The notes below the pieces were generated by a model. It had not been told where the DNA came from and made no database searches. It saw nothing but the letters and a program-made list of their open reading frames with translations. Positions 37,840-49,600 of a stretch of 64,000 nucleotides of DNA are shown one piece after another. The translations under genes and the position numbers were made by a program. The first letter of the stretch is position 1. Each line of letters starts with the position of its first letter. This DNA comes from Diadema antillarum (taxonomy: Eukaryota), in NCBI RefSeq assembly GCF_040938485.1, contig NW_027271623.1:147756-211755 (forward strand). Direction: 5' to 3'.

Positions 37840-38697
37840 ATGGCTTCCCGCAAAACCCGACAAACCACTAAGGAACTGAGCGCCACCGCCCAGCCAGCCC
37901 ACTCTGCACGGCCCGAATCTTCAAGCGACAGTGAGCCTGCCGACCTCACGCTGGTCGACATCCAGCGCAGTATTCAACTCTCTTCGGCGAATGTCTGTGC
38001 GAAGCTCGACTCCCTGTCTAGTGAAGTTGCCTCCATTAACAAGAAGATTTCTGACCTCGAGGATTCGGTGACAATGAATTCAGATAAAATCATAGAGATT
38101 GAACAGAGAAAACTACCACAAGTGGAAAAAAAGATGGCGGATGAAATCACCAAGCTGCAGGAAAAGCTCACACTCATGGAGATCTATGGTCGACGCACAA
38201 ATCTCCTCTTCTACGGCGTCGCAGAAGCCCAAAACGAGCACATTGAGGACGTTCTTCGTGATACCTTCACTTACCTGGGGGTCAACGACATCGACAACAT
38301 CGCCATGGTCAACGCTCATCGTCTTCCTCGTCGGGATATCGTGACTCCACACCAAGACTCTACTGGCCCATCCCGTAACACAGTCCCACGTGCTATCATT
38401 GCCAAGTTTGTGTACATGCGTGATCGTAACAGAATCCTGGCCGCCTTCGAAGACCGTCAACGCCAACGCCAACCGCCGGCATCCAACGGTGCCCTCCCGG
38501 ACCAGGACCCCCGAAGGATCACCGTCCGCACAGACCTTCCCCCAGCCTTGAAAGCTAGAAGGAGTGTCCTCGCAAAAGCTGCGTACAACCTCCGGAAAGA
38601 GAAGCATGTGTCCACAAAAATATCGGTGGTAGGTCCAAATGTGTTACTTCACTGGAAAGAGAAAAGCGCCACGAGCTGGAATCTGTTTCAGGATTGA
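37840..38697 (+). CDS. L1-type ORF1p (Transposase_22-like): coiled coil, RRM and C-terminal domain. GC-rich.
   Basis: RRTNLLFYGVAE...PRAIIAKFVYMRDRNRILAAFE (compare L1 ORF1p NLRIIGVPE...PRHIIVKL..KDKERIL). CTD ITVRTDLPPALKARRSVLAKAAYNLRKEK...LLHWKEK. Coiled-coil heptads at residues ~70-145. The given ORF begins 20 codons upstream at 37780. Confidence 0.7.
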   Translation: MASRKTRQTTKELSATAQPAHSARPESSSDSEPADLTLVDIQRSIQLSSANVCAKLDSLSSEVASINKKISDLEDSVTMNSDKIIEIEQRKLPQVEKKMADEITKLQEKLTLMEIYGRRTNLLFYGVAEAQNEHIEDVLRDTFTYLGVNDIDNIAMVNAHRLPRRDIVTPHQDSTGPSRNTVPRAIIAKFVYMRDRNRILAAFEDRQRQRQPPASNGALPDQDPRRITVRTDLPPALKARRSVLAKAAYNLRKEKHVSTKISVVGPNVLLHWKEKSATSWNLFQD

Positions 38698-39411
38698 GCT
38701 TCTAACACGTACTGCTTGTGCTAAACCACTCGAATTTGTTCTCTTTCCCCTTATCCTTTATTCAAATATGTCAATCAGTCTTCTAAGTATATCCTTGTAA
38801 AACTCAATCCTGGTTTTGTAAAAACATAAGACATCCATGTTAACTGAACATAATTGCTGTCATGTTATTTCATAGTTTTGGCTCATGCTGTACATGACGT
38901 ACTCGGCTGCCATTATAGGATTCATGAAATCGTTATACACCAAACCTGCCTTACCTTTTGTCTATTTTGCTACCAAGTATTTTAAGTATATTTTGGTGAA
39001 AATGAATCTTGATGATTGAGATCTGTATCCTTCCTGTGTTCACCTTAAGTAAAATATAATCTTCCGTAAATACACATAATATGTATCTGTACCAGATATA
39101 TTGCTTTGACGACAACTGGTAAATATCTTCGCTTAATGTCTTAATGTTATATTGCACGTGTCGTTCTCGGCTGCCATCCTGGCAGCATGAAACCTATCAC
39201 GACTGCTTATACGCCTTCAAAATTACGCATATTTTTCACGCATACAGACTCTGATACCCTGCTATCAGCTTCTATCAAGGTTTTGTAACACGAATTGGTT
39301 GTATTTCACTTTAACTCAGTCAAGTTACAAACTGAACAAAACTTTGTACATGCTATCTGACTGGGTCGAGGATAGGGAAGGGGGTGGGGGTGGGGGGGGG
39401 GGGGGGGGGGG

Positions 39412-42400
39412 GCTAGGGTGTGTGACCGTAGATACTCCGGGAGTCCGTTCATGATATGCCTGTTGGGAGTCTGTTTTGGATTGCCTTTTTATGTGCTTTA
39501 ACATGCTCGAAGTCAGAGCAAATCCTATTTTTCTACGTTATTTTGGATATATTTTCCTTCATGAATATGTTTCGATCAATTTTCACTTCTCAATGCATTT
39601 CCCGTATACCAACCAACAACTACCGTTTTACTCTGTGTCTCATTTGTTTCTGCTCGCTATTACAAAAAAGCCGCATGTCTGTACATGTATGCAACAAAAT
39701 GCAAGTAGTCTTGATTTATAAGCTATTTGATAACGCCTTCTGGTATAGTCTGGCATTTGAAATTCTCCAATTTAATACTGTTTTTAGGACAAGCTTCATA
39801 TCCTTACTCATTCATGCAACGTGTAGAAAATTCCATGAACCTGCTGTTCCAGTTACTTGTTACGTAACGTTGATACTCGATCAACTCACGCCTAGATACG
39901 ACTGTCAAGGACCTCACTTTGTCATAATGAAACAAACTGTCTATAGAGGTTCCTCATTATTTGGTTCTTTCTTGAAATTTTCCACTACCTGTATACCAAC
40001 CAACTCAGCCCTTGAAATTATATACCTGTCCTTAGTGCGTACTTATACAATTCGCAATGCACACCTGTCACTATCACCTCTTCGGATGTTATCCCACGTA
40101 AACGCCTGCACTTCTGTCATTGCTTATCATTGGAATGTTGTTTTTGAAAATTGTCTCAAAGTGACAGATGGAAATCGAATCTACGAACATGCATTCCTGG
40201 TAAACAACCCATCATGTAACTTGTGTTTGTTTGCCACCAAATATGGCTGAAGAAATTAATGCAAATGTACTTCCTGTTATGAACAACGAAGTATGTGATT
40301 ATCAGTCACCTGTACCAAACTCTCCCTTAACGTGTTCTGATTGTGAAGAAGGCAACAGCACCGATTTTATCACATCTTTAAATGCAGAAACCCAGGAATT
40401 AAATCTGGATTTTGATTTAAATGATATTTCACTGAAAAATGTATCTTCTAATTATCTTTTGGAAAATGATATAGTTACATTGTCTCATTCTAACCCGAAA
40501 GATCTCTTTGTTTCGCATATCAACATCAGAAGTTTGAATAAAAATTTTGATCAATTTCTTTCATTTGTTAACGAGTTACAATTTAGTCACATGATCATTG
40601 GCCTCAGTGAAACTTGGCTAAAGGAAACGTCGCCTTCTTCTCAATACTCCATCAATCGTTTTAAATTGCTTACCAATAACAGAACCGGGAAAAGAGGTGG
40701 CGGAGTAGGTTTTTATGTTTCACAAACTCTGAATTATCAATTGTTACATGAATACAGCATTACCTCAGAATGTATAGAGTGTATTTTTGTGGAGGTTATA
40801 ACTCCGAACAAAGGTAACATCATACTGTGGGAAATTTATAGACCCCCGCATTCTAACCCTACTGAGTTTATTGGGTTGCTTCATGATCTCCTCTCTGATA
40901 AATATTTTGATAACAAGACATGCATTATCATGGGAGACTTTAATATAAATCTCCTTAGTTATAATGAAACTACAGTCTGTCAAGATTTCCTCAACCTTAT
41001 GTTGTCCAAATCCTTCATTCCTTTTATAAGAAAACCTACTCGAATTTCCGATGTCACTTCAACTCTTATCGATAATATATTTGTTAATAATTTATCTCTT
41101 GATGTCACATCTGGCATTGTAGTCTCTGACATTTCTGATCACTTCCCGATTTATACCCTTGTACCTCAGTTTACAGCAAGAAAAACTCCAACATCTAACC
41201 ATGGTATTCGTGACATGTCTGAACGCAATCTAGATAGGCTCAGGGAGGGATTTGGGTCCGTTGACTGGTCTCCTGTCTACAACGCAGGAAATGTAAACTC
41301 ATCCTTTGAGGTTTTTATGAAAATTTTGATAGAAACTTGTGATAATCATATACCTTTGTTAAAACGATCTAAATCTAATTATAAAAGAATACCAAGACAG
41401 CCTTGGATCACGAAATCTCTTCTTAGGTCTATTAATAAGAAAAACAGATTATTTTGTAGATACCGTAAATCCCCAAATGTTTCAACTAAATCTCGTTATG
41501 TTTGTTATCGAAATACCCTGACCTCTACGTTACGCTTAGCTAAGCAACAGTATTTTTACCGACAGTTCGATAGATGCAAATCTGATATACAGAGTACGTG
41601 GAAGGTGATTAACACAGCTTTAAAATCCAGCACTAAGGCGAATTCTCCAAATCGTATTCTGAAAGAGGGTCGCCTGATAGACAATCCAGAGGAGATGGCA
41701 GATGCATTCAATGACTTCTTCGTTAACCTTGGGCCAGATCTTGCCAAGAAAATACCTCGCTCCGGGACACCTTTTTATTCGTTTCTAAGGGATAGGAATG
41801 CACACACTTTGTTTTCTGTTCCCATTGTTGAGGAAGAAATTAAAGAAATTGTTCGCAAACTAAATAACAAGAAAAGTACAGGTGATGACGGAATTTCAGT
41901 TTTTCTGTTAAAAAACATAATAACTGAAATAATTACTCCCCTTACTTATATTTTTAATCAATCTTTGTCGACTGGAAAGGTCCCTGAAAAGATGAAAATT
42001 GCTAGAGTCGTTCCCATATTCAAAAAGGGTGCTGAAGAATCGGTTAGCAATTATCGTCCAATATCTCTTTTAACTTCAATTTCAAAAATCTTAGAAAAGC
42101 TTGTTCACAAACGAACTCTTAGATTCCTTATCAACTGCAATATTCTTTCGAATTTTCAGTTTAGTTTCAGAAAACAGCATAGCACAACCCACGCTTTGTT
42201 AGCTTTCATTGATAAAGTAGCACATGCTTTAGACGACGCTTCCCATACTATAGGTGTTTTTCTCGACTTCTCGAAAGCGTTTGATACGATAGACCATGAT
42301 ATTTTGCTTTATAAGTTAAGCCATTACGGCATTCGTGGGACAGCTCAAGATTGGTTTAAAGACTACCTTACTAATAGAAAGCAATATGTTTATGTAAATG

Positions 42401-44097
42401 GATATGAGTCTCTATTGAAAACAACTTCTTGTGGTGTCCCTCAGGGTTCCCTACTTGGCCCGTTATTATTTATCCTGTACATAAACGACCTCCAAAATTC
42501 GTCCCAGATTCTTTCTTTCATATGCTTTGCTGACGACACAAATTTATTTCTTTCACATCGTAACTCAAACACGCTTATACATATGTTAAACAATGAACTG
42601 AAACTTGTTCAGTCCTGGATCCACGCAAATAAGTTGTCACTAAATATTGATAAGACGCATTATATGCTTTTCAGCAATTCTCTGAACTCTGTTTCTGATT
42701 ATGTTAAGATCAATGGTATCTATTTAAACCAGGTAGATAGTATCAAGTTTCTGGGACTTTACATTGATAGTGATCTATCCTGGAAAACCCATATTAACTA
42801 TTTAAGTAAAATTTTGTCCAGAAACATTGGAATTTTAAACAAGCTGAAATATAATTTCCCCATACGTATATTACAAATTATATATTCAACAATGATTTCC
42901 CCTTACCTCAACTATGGAATTCTAGCATGGGGTAATTCGTCCAAATTTTTACTTGATTCGCTATTCCTTCTTCAAAAACGCGCCATCAGAATTATCAATA
43001 ACGCCGGATATTTATCTCATACAAATGAATTTTTTCACAAGAATAAAATTCTGAAATTGATTGATTTGTTTGATTACAATCTAGGTATTTTCATGTATAA
43101 GTACTCAACGAATGATCTTCCTGATGTTTTTCTTCACATGTTCAAAAGAAACTACTCAGTTCACAATTATCCCACCCGCCAACGGGACGCTTATCACCTT
43201 CCACGTACTCGCACAATTTTCGCGATGAAAACAATTATGTATGCGGGACCGAAATACTGGAATGACCTCCCCCCTGAACTCAAAGGTTGTTTATCACTAT
43301 CATCCTTCAAATGCAAATTAAGACAGTATTTATTGAATAATTACGCTACATCAGCTCATTGAAATTCTGTTTTGTGCTGTCCAGGACTATCCCGTTATAC
43401 TGTACTCCAGGGTTGTTGTCATGTAAAACCAGACTTTAAGAGCCCAGCTGTTTGCGCCCTTAAATTCTATCACTGTGTTTATGTATATTTTTCCTTCTTT
43501 AAAGATAGCTGGGACGAGAAAACAGCTGGTATTTCACATTCTCACTGCACTGCAACTGGTTGTTCGATGTTTTTTTTAATGGATTTGCAGGTGCATGTGT
43601 TCCCTTCTTAATACACGCAATGTACACATTTCTAATACTGTCTGAACGGTATCATTGTTATTATAACTATATTAAGTCATATTGTATTGCCAGAACGACA
43701 ATGGTTCATCCGCCTATATACAGCATGTGGCTTTTCCGATCCCTAACCTGCACTAGAGAAGAATTTTGTTATATAACTGTATATTTGTACTTTTTTATTC
43801 ATTTTTTTGTTTTTCTCTTATGTTCCGGTCATTGTTGTACCCGTGCTCCCCTTCTCAATCTTAAACTCGTTTTTAACCGGGACCTACGCTCAACAAGCTC
43901 GCTTTTTAAGTAGGTTCCTTCATATTTCTTTAGCATTCATTCACAGATTCCAAACTGAACAGATCGACCACTATTATGTTTTACATATTTGCAATATTCT
44001 ATGTATGTCATGTATTTCATTTAATTTTGTTATATTTGATGTAATTTTTCATCGAGAAATATGAAAATAAATTGAAATTGAAAATTGAAATTGAAAG
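39412..44097 (+). mobile_element. Full-length-looking AT-rich LINE (CR1/L2-like by its ORF2 tail), nested in the LTR element in opposite orientation. Boundaries are approximate.
   Basis: A poly-G tract at 39378-39411 precedes it. The intact ORF2 is at 40231-43362. The 3' region ends in short tandem AAATTGAAATTGAAA repeats at ~44060-44097. Confidence 0.55.
40231..43362 (+). CDS. LINE ORF2: 1043-aa apurinic/apyrimidinic-like endonuclease plus reverse transcriptase, uninterrupted
   Basis: APE/EEP N-terminal domain (…LFVSHINIRSLNKNFDQF…IIGLSETWL…GGGVGFYV…SDHFPIY…). RT motifs (…FRKQHSTTHAL…FLDFSKAFDTIDHDIL…GVPQGSLLGPLLFILYINDL…FADDTNLF…). Conserved CR1/L2-type tail (…YPTRQRDAYHLPRTRT…GPKYWNDLPPELK…FKCKLRQYLL). 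Confidence 0.9.
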   Translation: MPPNMAEEINANVLPVMNNEVCDYQSPVPNSPLTCSDCEEGNSTDFITSLNAETQELNLDFDLNDISLKNVSSNYLLENDIVTLSHSNPKDLFVSHINIRSLNKNFDQFLSFVNELQFSHMIIGLSETWLKETSPSSQYSINRFKLLTNNRTGKRGGGVGFYVSQTLNYQLLHEYSITSECIECIFVEVITPNKGNIILWEIYRPPHSNPTEFIGLLHDLLSDKYFDNKTCIIMGDFNINLLSYNETTVCQDFLNLMLSKSFIPFIRKPTRISDVTSTLIDNIFVNNLSLDVTSGIVVSDISDHFPIYTLVPQFTARKTPTSNHGIRDMSERNLDRLREGFGSVDWSPVYNAGNVNSSFEVFMKILIETCDNHIPLLKRSKSNYKRIPRQPWITKSLLRSINKKNRLFCRYRKSPNVSTKSRYVCYRNTLTSTLRLAKQQYFYRQFDRCKSDIQSTWKVINTALKSSTKANSPNRILKEGRLIDNPEEMADAFNDFFVNLGPDLAKKIPRSGTPFYSFLRDRNAHTLFSVPIVEEEIKEIVRKLNNKKSTGDDGISVFLLKNIITEIITPLTYIFNQSLSTGKVPEKMKIARVVPIFKKGAEESVSNYRPISLLTSISKILEKLVHKRTLRFLINCNILSNFQFSFRKQHSTTHALLAFIDKVAHALDDASHTIGVFLDFSKAFDTIDHDILLYKLSHYGIRGTAQDWFKDYLTNRKQYVYVNGYESLLKTTSCGVPQGSLLGPLLFILYINDLQNSSQILSFICFADDTNLFLSHRNSNTLIHMLNNELKLVQSWIHANKLSLNIDKTHYMLFSNSLNSVSDYVKINGIYLNQVDSIKFLGLYIDSDLSWKTHINYLSKILSRNIGILNKLKYNFPIRILQIIYSTMISPYLNYGILAWGNSSKFLLDSLFLLQKRAIRIINNAGYLSHTNEFFHKNKILKLIDLFDYNLGIFMYKYSTNDLPDVFLHMFKRNYSVHNYPTRQRDAYHLPRTRTIFAMKTIMYAGPKYWNDLPPELKGCLSLSSFKCKLRQYLLNNYATSAH

Positions 44098-44998
44098 AAT
44101 CAGAGGATTCGAAGAAAGAAGAAAGGATAGAATTAAGATAGGGAAAAGGCAAAACATCGACGGTTTGAATAATTATTGTCACGTATGAACATTTTTCTAA
44201 TTCTAACAAATAAAGAAACATTAACTTAAATACGACCATCAGGTATGCACTACATAGATGTTGAACTTTACAGTACGAAATGATCGCAGCCTCAGTATAA
44301 TCTAACTGAACGTCAAAGACACATAAAAACATAAAGCGCATAAGCAAGTAAATTTGAAAAAGAAAACAAACAAATGCATCATAGGGTATACCGAGTGCCA
44401 GGTGTACCGAAATGTTATCCATGAATTTTGTCAGGCGAATGACAGCTAGGCCACTTTCAAGAAGATTGTGTCCAATGGACAGAGTTGTTGGAGAGAGGTA
44501 GGAAGACAGAGAGGAGAAGGCAATAAATGGGGAACGGAGAACATGGAGTAAACCGTGGACTATAAAAATCGAAACATAATCGTTAACGGGGCACTCGTTT
44601 CCCCAAACGCCTAAGAAAACTAGAAAAATAATCGCTATGAAGTCGTAAAAGGCTTGTCGCGATAAGACGACTAATAGAGGGAGCTAAAAAACATAAATCC
44701 GACGAACTGGGTACTGCACTAAACTCATTGTAAGAACAATTAAGTCACGAATATAAACTGTCAGTCGAACTTCCACTATCGGCACAAGATTATACATTTA
44801 AATACATATTACATACAACTGTAAACTGCGATATAAATGCTGGAGACTATTCAAAATAAAGAACACATTTAAAAACAACAACAATAACGGCAGAAATGCA
44901 TGAGCACAAGATCATTATACTGTTCAATTTGTCAGGACCAAGTTAGTGCAGATCAGTGCTTTCAACATGAGGCATAAAATAAATGATACTATATCTTC

Positions 44999-45002
<4 letters not shown>

Positions 45003-45040
<38 letters not shown>

Positions 45041-45046
45041 TTGTGT
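45003..45046. repeat. (GT)n microsatellite, with (GA)n nearby at 45125-45170
   Basis: Direct reading. Confidence 0.9.
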
Positions 45047-46003
45047 AGGTATAGGTAAAGCTGGTTAATCGTAATACGACTAATAACCGATATAAGCTTG
45101 CAAAATCATGACGTGTTCCAACCTCAAGAGAGAGAGAGAGGGAGAGAGAGAGAAGAAGAAGAAGAAAGACATAGTTAGGTCCTCTAACTGATTGTCACTT
45201 ATAAAAAAAAGGAAGACGTCGAATGTAATGCTAATTACAATTGTACCCTGTTTTGCTGTTGTTGTTGAACATTTATGGGTACTTGACCAATTTAACACAA
45301 TCACAGTAAGTTACCAACGGTACTTGAAAATAAACATGTAATGATTCATCCATCCGTGTCATTTAATTGACTAAAACTCTCTACTAATTCAATACATGAG
45401 AAGACATGATTTTACATTTTCAAATAAAACATGGCGAGTGCTAGACGACCCGGCTGAATGAGCTGGCAAAAGTGGAATAGAATAGCACATAGGGTTCCTC
45501 CTAGCTACAATAGAATATCAGCCAGCAAGTTGATATACTTAAGTTTTCATTAAAATATATTCTAATTAACTTGAATGTCCACATTTCATAATTATGGAAA
45601 CTCTTAGCTTTTAACGAAATGCTCATTCAACTTTGTGGATGGGGAAGAACATGTATTGTCCCTAATAATCCCAGCGGGGTTTTTTTTTTTCTTAACATAT
45701 CGAATATATTTACAGAGACATATTTTATGCGAGTGTACAGTCCAATCACCTCCATAGAATACACGGCATCACACACACAAAAAAAAAGATTAAAAAAAAA
45801 ACGGACCAATTACAGATCTGTGTCGCAGTCCAGTCCACGTTTTCGCTATACACTTGGAACGATCCAGCAACGTTCATGGCAACAATGGCGCATCACATTC
45901 ATCGTTCTTGAATCGGCTCGAATATGATCCGGTCGAAAGAATAATGAACAGAACAAAAAAAAAAACAAAAAACCAACAAAAATATGTGTATCCGCTGAAA
46001 GGA

Positions 46004-46528
46004 TTAATCCACAAGATCTTTAAGAATGTCGGACGCTCGTTTTACTTCATTTTTATGCTTCGAGATTGCAGCTGCCAAAAAGTTTACACCACTTGCAAAA
46101 TCCTGCTGGACAGCCGTCGTGCACTGGAGTCGACCCTCGCGTTCATCGTCCAGGCGGGCATGCAGAGACCTGACATCGGCGCGGATTGCTGCCATATCGT
46201 TCTGCAGCTTCATTTCCAGAGACTTCACCGCAGACAGGATAATGTCAAGTTTGTCATCCTCGAGGACAGAAGTGGTAACGTTGTCTGCTTTCCTCTTCCT
46301 GTTGTTTTCCGGCATCGGTAGGGCGGAAGGAAGAAATATCTGCTCTCCGGGCGATGACGACGACCCAGGCTGCGGCGTCGACCTAGTCATGTGTCCCCCA
46401 TGGTACCGCACATTTCGGGATGCCGAAGTTGACGCCAATGCTGAATTATAGTCGGGAGGAGACCTTGACGTGTCAGCGGGGCTGACTGGAGAAATCAATG
46501 TCATGTCCAGGTAAGACATGGCTGGCAT
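46004..46528 (-). CDS. ORF3 (174 aa) downstream of pol within the gypsy element. Serine/proline-rich N-terminus, predicted coiled-coil C-terminus, function unknown.
   Basis: GC-rich like gag-pol. Same strand, starting 136 bp after the pol stop. No recognisable catalytic motif. Confidence 0.4.
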   Translation of the reverse strand: MPAMSYLDMTLISPVSPADTSRSPPDYNSALASTSASRNVRYHGGHMTRSTPQPGSSSSPGEQIFLPSALPMPENNRKRKADNVTTSVLEDDKLDIILSAVKSLEMKLQNDMAAIRADVRSLHARLDDEREGRLQCTTAVQQDFASGVNFLAAAISKHKNEVKRASDILKDLVD

Positions 46529-46663
46529 AAAAAAAACAGTTTATTTTGGATTAAAGGGGAACCGGATGAAAGAAGGCCAGTGGCTTAAAGTGCTTAATGG
46601 TCATACACAGGTGGTCGTGGGAGCGTGTCAATTCCTTCAGGCACGAGACTGAAAGTGACCCTA

Positions 46664-49600
46664 TCACCATCCGAATCGCTGTGGGGGTTGAGACTGTCGC
46701 GTGCTGCGACGGGGGCTAATTGTATCCTTGGGATTAGTCTGCGTTCCGGCCTGACGTTTCCCTGGATCGCCTCCATCTTTCAACTTCCGAGCTAAATTCG
46801 CGATCCATGGTGGAACATCGGTGCTGGTATATGGTTTCAGGCGGTCATGATGCAACAATTTAGTCCTTCCCGCCTGTTTGATTCGAATTTCAAAGTTCAG
46901 GTCACTTAATTTTCTAATCACTACGTAGGGACCGACCCATTTACATGGATTTAGCTTTGGTGAAAGTCCCTTTTGTTTCGTGGAGTCTAGAAAATACACT
47001 AAGTCACCTGCTGCATAGTTATTTACCGTCAGTCTCGCATCATAGTTCTTTTTCTGTCTTTCCTTCGCTTCGCTTATGTGTTCCCTCGCTATGCGCGAAG
47101 CTTCCGTCATGGTTGCAACGATGTCGGCTGCGTGATCGTGCGGGGCATTGCGTTCGTGGTCGTTTTCTGGACGATCAATTCCGAGTGAAACTTCGATCGG
47201 CGTGCGTGCCTCCCTTCCCAACATGAGAAAATTGGGGGAGAAGCCGGTTGTCTCGTGTATGGTGCCCCGGTACGCAGATGTTAATAATGATAGATTTTCG
47301 TCCCAGTTCTGTTGTTTCTTGTCTACATATGAGGCAATCATGTCAACCAAAGTCCTATTGAAACGCTCGATCATCCCATTTGATGACGGATGGTACGGGG
47401 AGGTCCTGGTTTTAGATATTTCCAGTAATTTGCATATGTCCTGAAAGAGTGCAGATTCGAATGTCCTTCCCTGGTCAGTATGTATTTCCAGGGGTGTCCC
47501 GAAACGAGCTATGAACTCCCTTACGACCACGTCCGCGACTGTGGTGGCCGTTTGGTCGGGTATGGCGTATGCCTCTATCCATTTCGTAAAGGTGTCCCCG
47601 ACTACAAGGACAAAGCGATTCCCATTGTTGCTTATAGGGAATGGTCCCATGATGTCCATGGCGATGCGGTCCATTGGGGCACCCGAAGTATATTCACCAA
47701 GAGGCGCCCGCGGTTTCGACGACGGCCTTTTTCTCGCTCCGCAAGTCACACAGTTTGCGAGAAAAATACGAAGTGTCTCTTTCATGTTCAGCCAGTAAAA
47801 ACTACGTTGTAGTTTGCTAAGAGTTTTCTTCAGTCCTAAGTGCCCAGATAAGGTCGATGCATGGCTTGATTTCATTACACGATCACGAAGTTTCTCTGGC
47901 ACAACGAGCTGCAGTCCCGCTGTGAGCTTACTGTTCGTGTAATTTCGCTTATATAACAGTCCATCGACCATTTGCAATTGATTCCATAACAGCCACAAAT
48001 TGCGAATTGCTGGGCTCTTGTCGTGGACACGGCTACGAGTTGGTCGCTCTGTAGACTCTGTCAACCACCCGTAGATGATTCCGATGTCGGGGTCCTGTTT
48101 CTGCATTGCGATCAGTTCTGCACGGTCGAGGTTGCCAAGAAGAAGTCTCTGCGGCCCGGAAAAATTTCCAGCGACGGCGTCTGTGTCGGAGACGCAGGGC
48201 AGGTCATTGTTCTGTGCAACGTCAACAGCGTTGTCGCGATCATGTTGTGCCTTACTACCACGTGACTTTGACGCACTCTTCGCACTAAACATTCTCAAAA
48301 CTACATTCGGGGCTGGCCATAATCCCCGTCTCAAAAACTGCGTTGCGTCCCATACATTAACTAGATACACGTGTACTCCAAATAGGCACATTAATCCACA
48401 TAATACCAAAGATCGCGCGTCCGTGATCGACAATGAAATGAGAAATAGGACAAAACAAAGGGCGATGACTGCATGAAAAATTAGACCAGCACATCTTCTC
48501 AACATGTCAGGGCGTGTAGAAGTAGAAGTCTCATGAGTTTGGCTTTCGCGCTCTTCCTTCGGAGGAGTGTGACACACTTCCACTCTTTTTGCTGAGAGAG
48601 GAACAGTGTCGTCCTCGTCAAAGAAGTCGACCCACTCACGATGTCGTCGTCGGCATGTAGAACATCCACCACAAGGTAGCTGCTCGAGTATCAAAGTCCC
48701 ATCAAAACAGTCACATGAATCGGGGTCACACGACACGCGCGATAGCGAGTCTGCATTGCCATGCTTCTTCCCCTCTCGATGCTCGATGGCGAAATCGAAT
48801 TGCGATAAGATCTCTAGCCATCGGGCCATTTGGTCAGTTGGTTCACGGAAGGACATAATCCAGCGAAGAGAGGAGTGGTCAGTTCGAATAAGGAATTTCC
48901 GCCCAAATAGAAAGTGACGAAAATGGCGGACGAAGGCGACCACGGCCAGGAGCTCCCTCCGTGTTGTGCAATATCTTCGCTGAGTTCGTGTCAGAGAACG
49001 ACTAGCAAACGCAATAGAACGCTCAATCTCCTTCTGGGCGGACTCGTCCCACTGCATTTGAGATAGCACTGCTCCTATGCCGTCTGCGGAAGCGTCTGTG
49101 TCCAAGATGAATGTACCGACGTCGTTCGGGTAGGCCATTACGCTGTCACCCATGAGCGCTTGCTTCAACTGTTCGAACCCAGACTGGCACTCGTCGTCCC
49201 ATTTGAAGCGGACTGATTTCCCCAGTAGCTTGTTGAGTGGGGATGCTATAGTGGAAAATCCCCGAATGAAGCGGCGATAATATGAGCAAAGGCCCAGAAA
49301 AGATCTCACATCACTCACCGATGACGGGGTCGGCCAGTCTGCAATTCGACGTACCTTCTCTGGATCGGGCTTTATTCCCGCTTCGCTGACGACATGTCCG
49401 AGATATGCCACTTCGCTACGAAAAAGCTCGCACTTGCTCGGTTTAAGTTTCAGTCCAGCCGAGCTCAGCCTAACAAGGACCTCGTCGAGACGTCGTATGT
49501 GTTCGTCGAACGTCGAGCCCATGACGATGACGTCGTCCAGATACAAAATTAATGTTTTCCATTGTAGTCCTTTCATGATAAGCTCCATTGCACGCTCGAA

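Noticed and set aside
39456-40250. 264-aa ORF immediately upstream of and overlapping the LINE ORF2 start
   Set aside because: It is low-complexity and Cys/Phe/Leu-rich, lies in a different frame from ORF2, and has no ORF1-like features. Most likely it is LINE 5' UTR read in an open frame.
45854-46451. Plus-strand ORFs of 155 and 141 aa opposite ORF3
   Set aside because: Antisense to a GC-rich region inside the gypsy element and Arg/Ser-rich with low complexity. Probably spurious.
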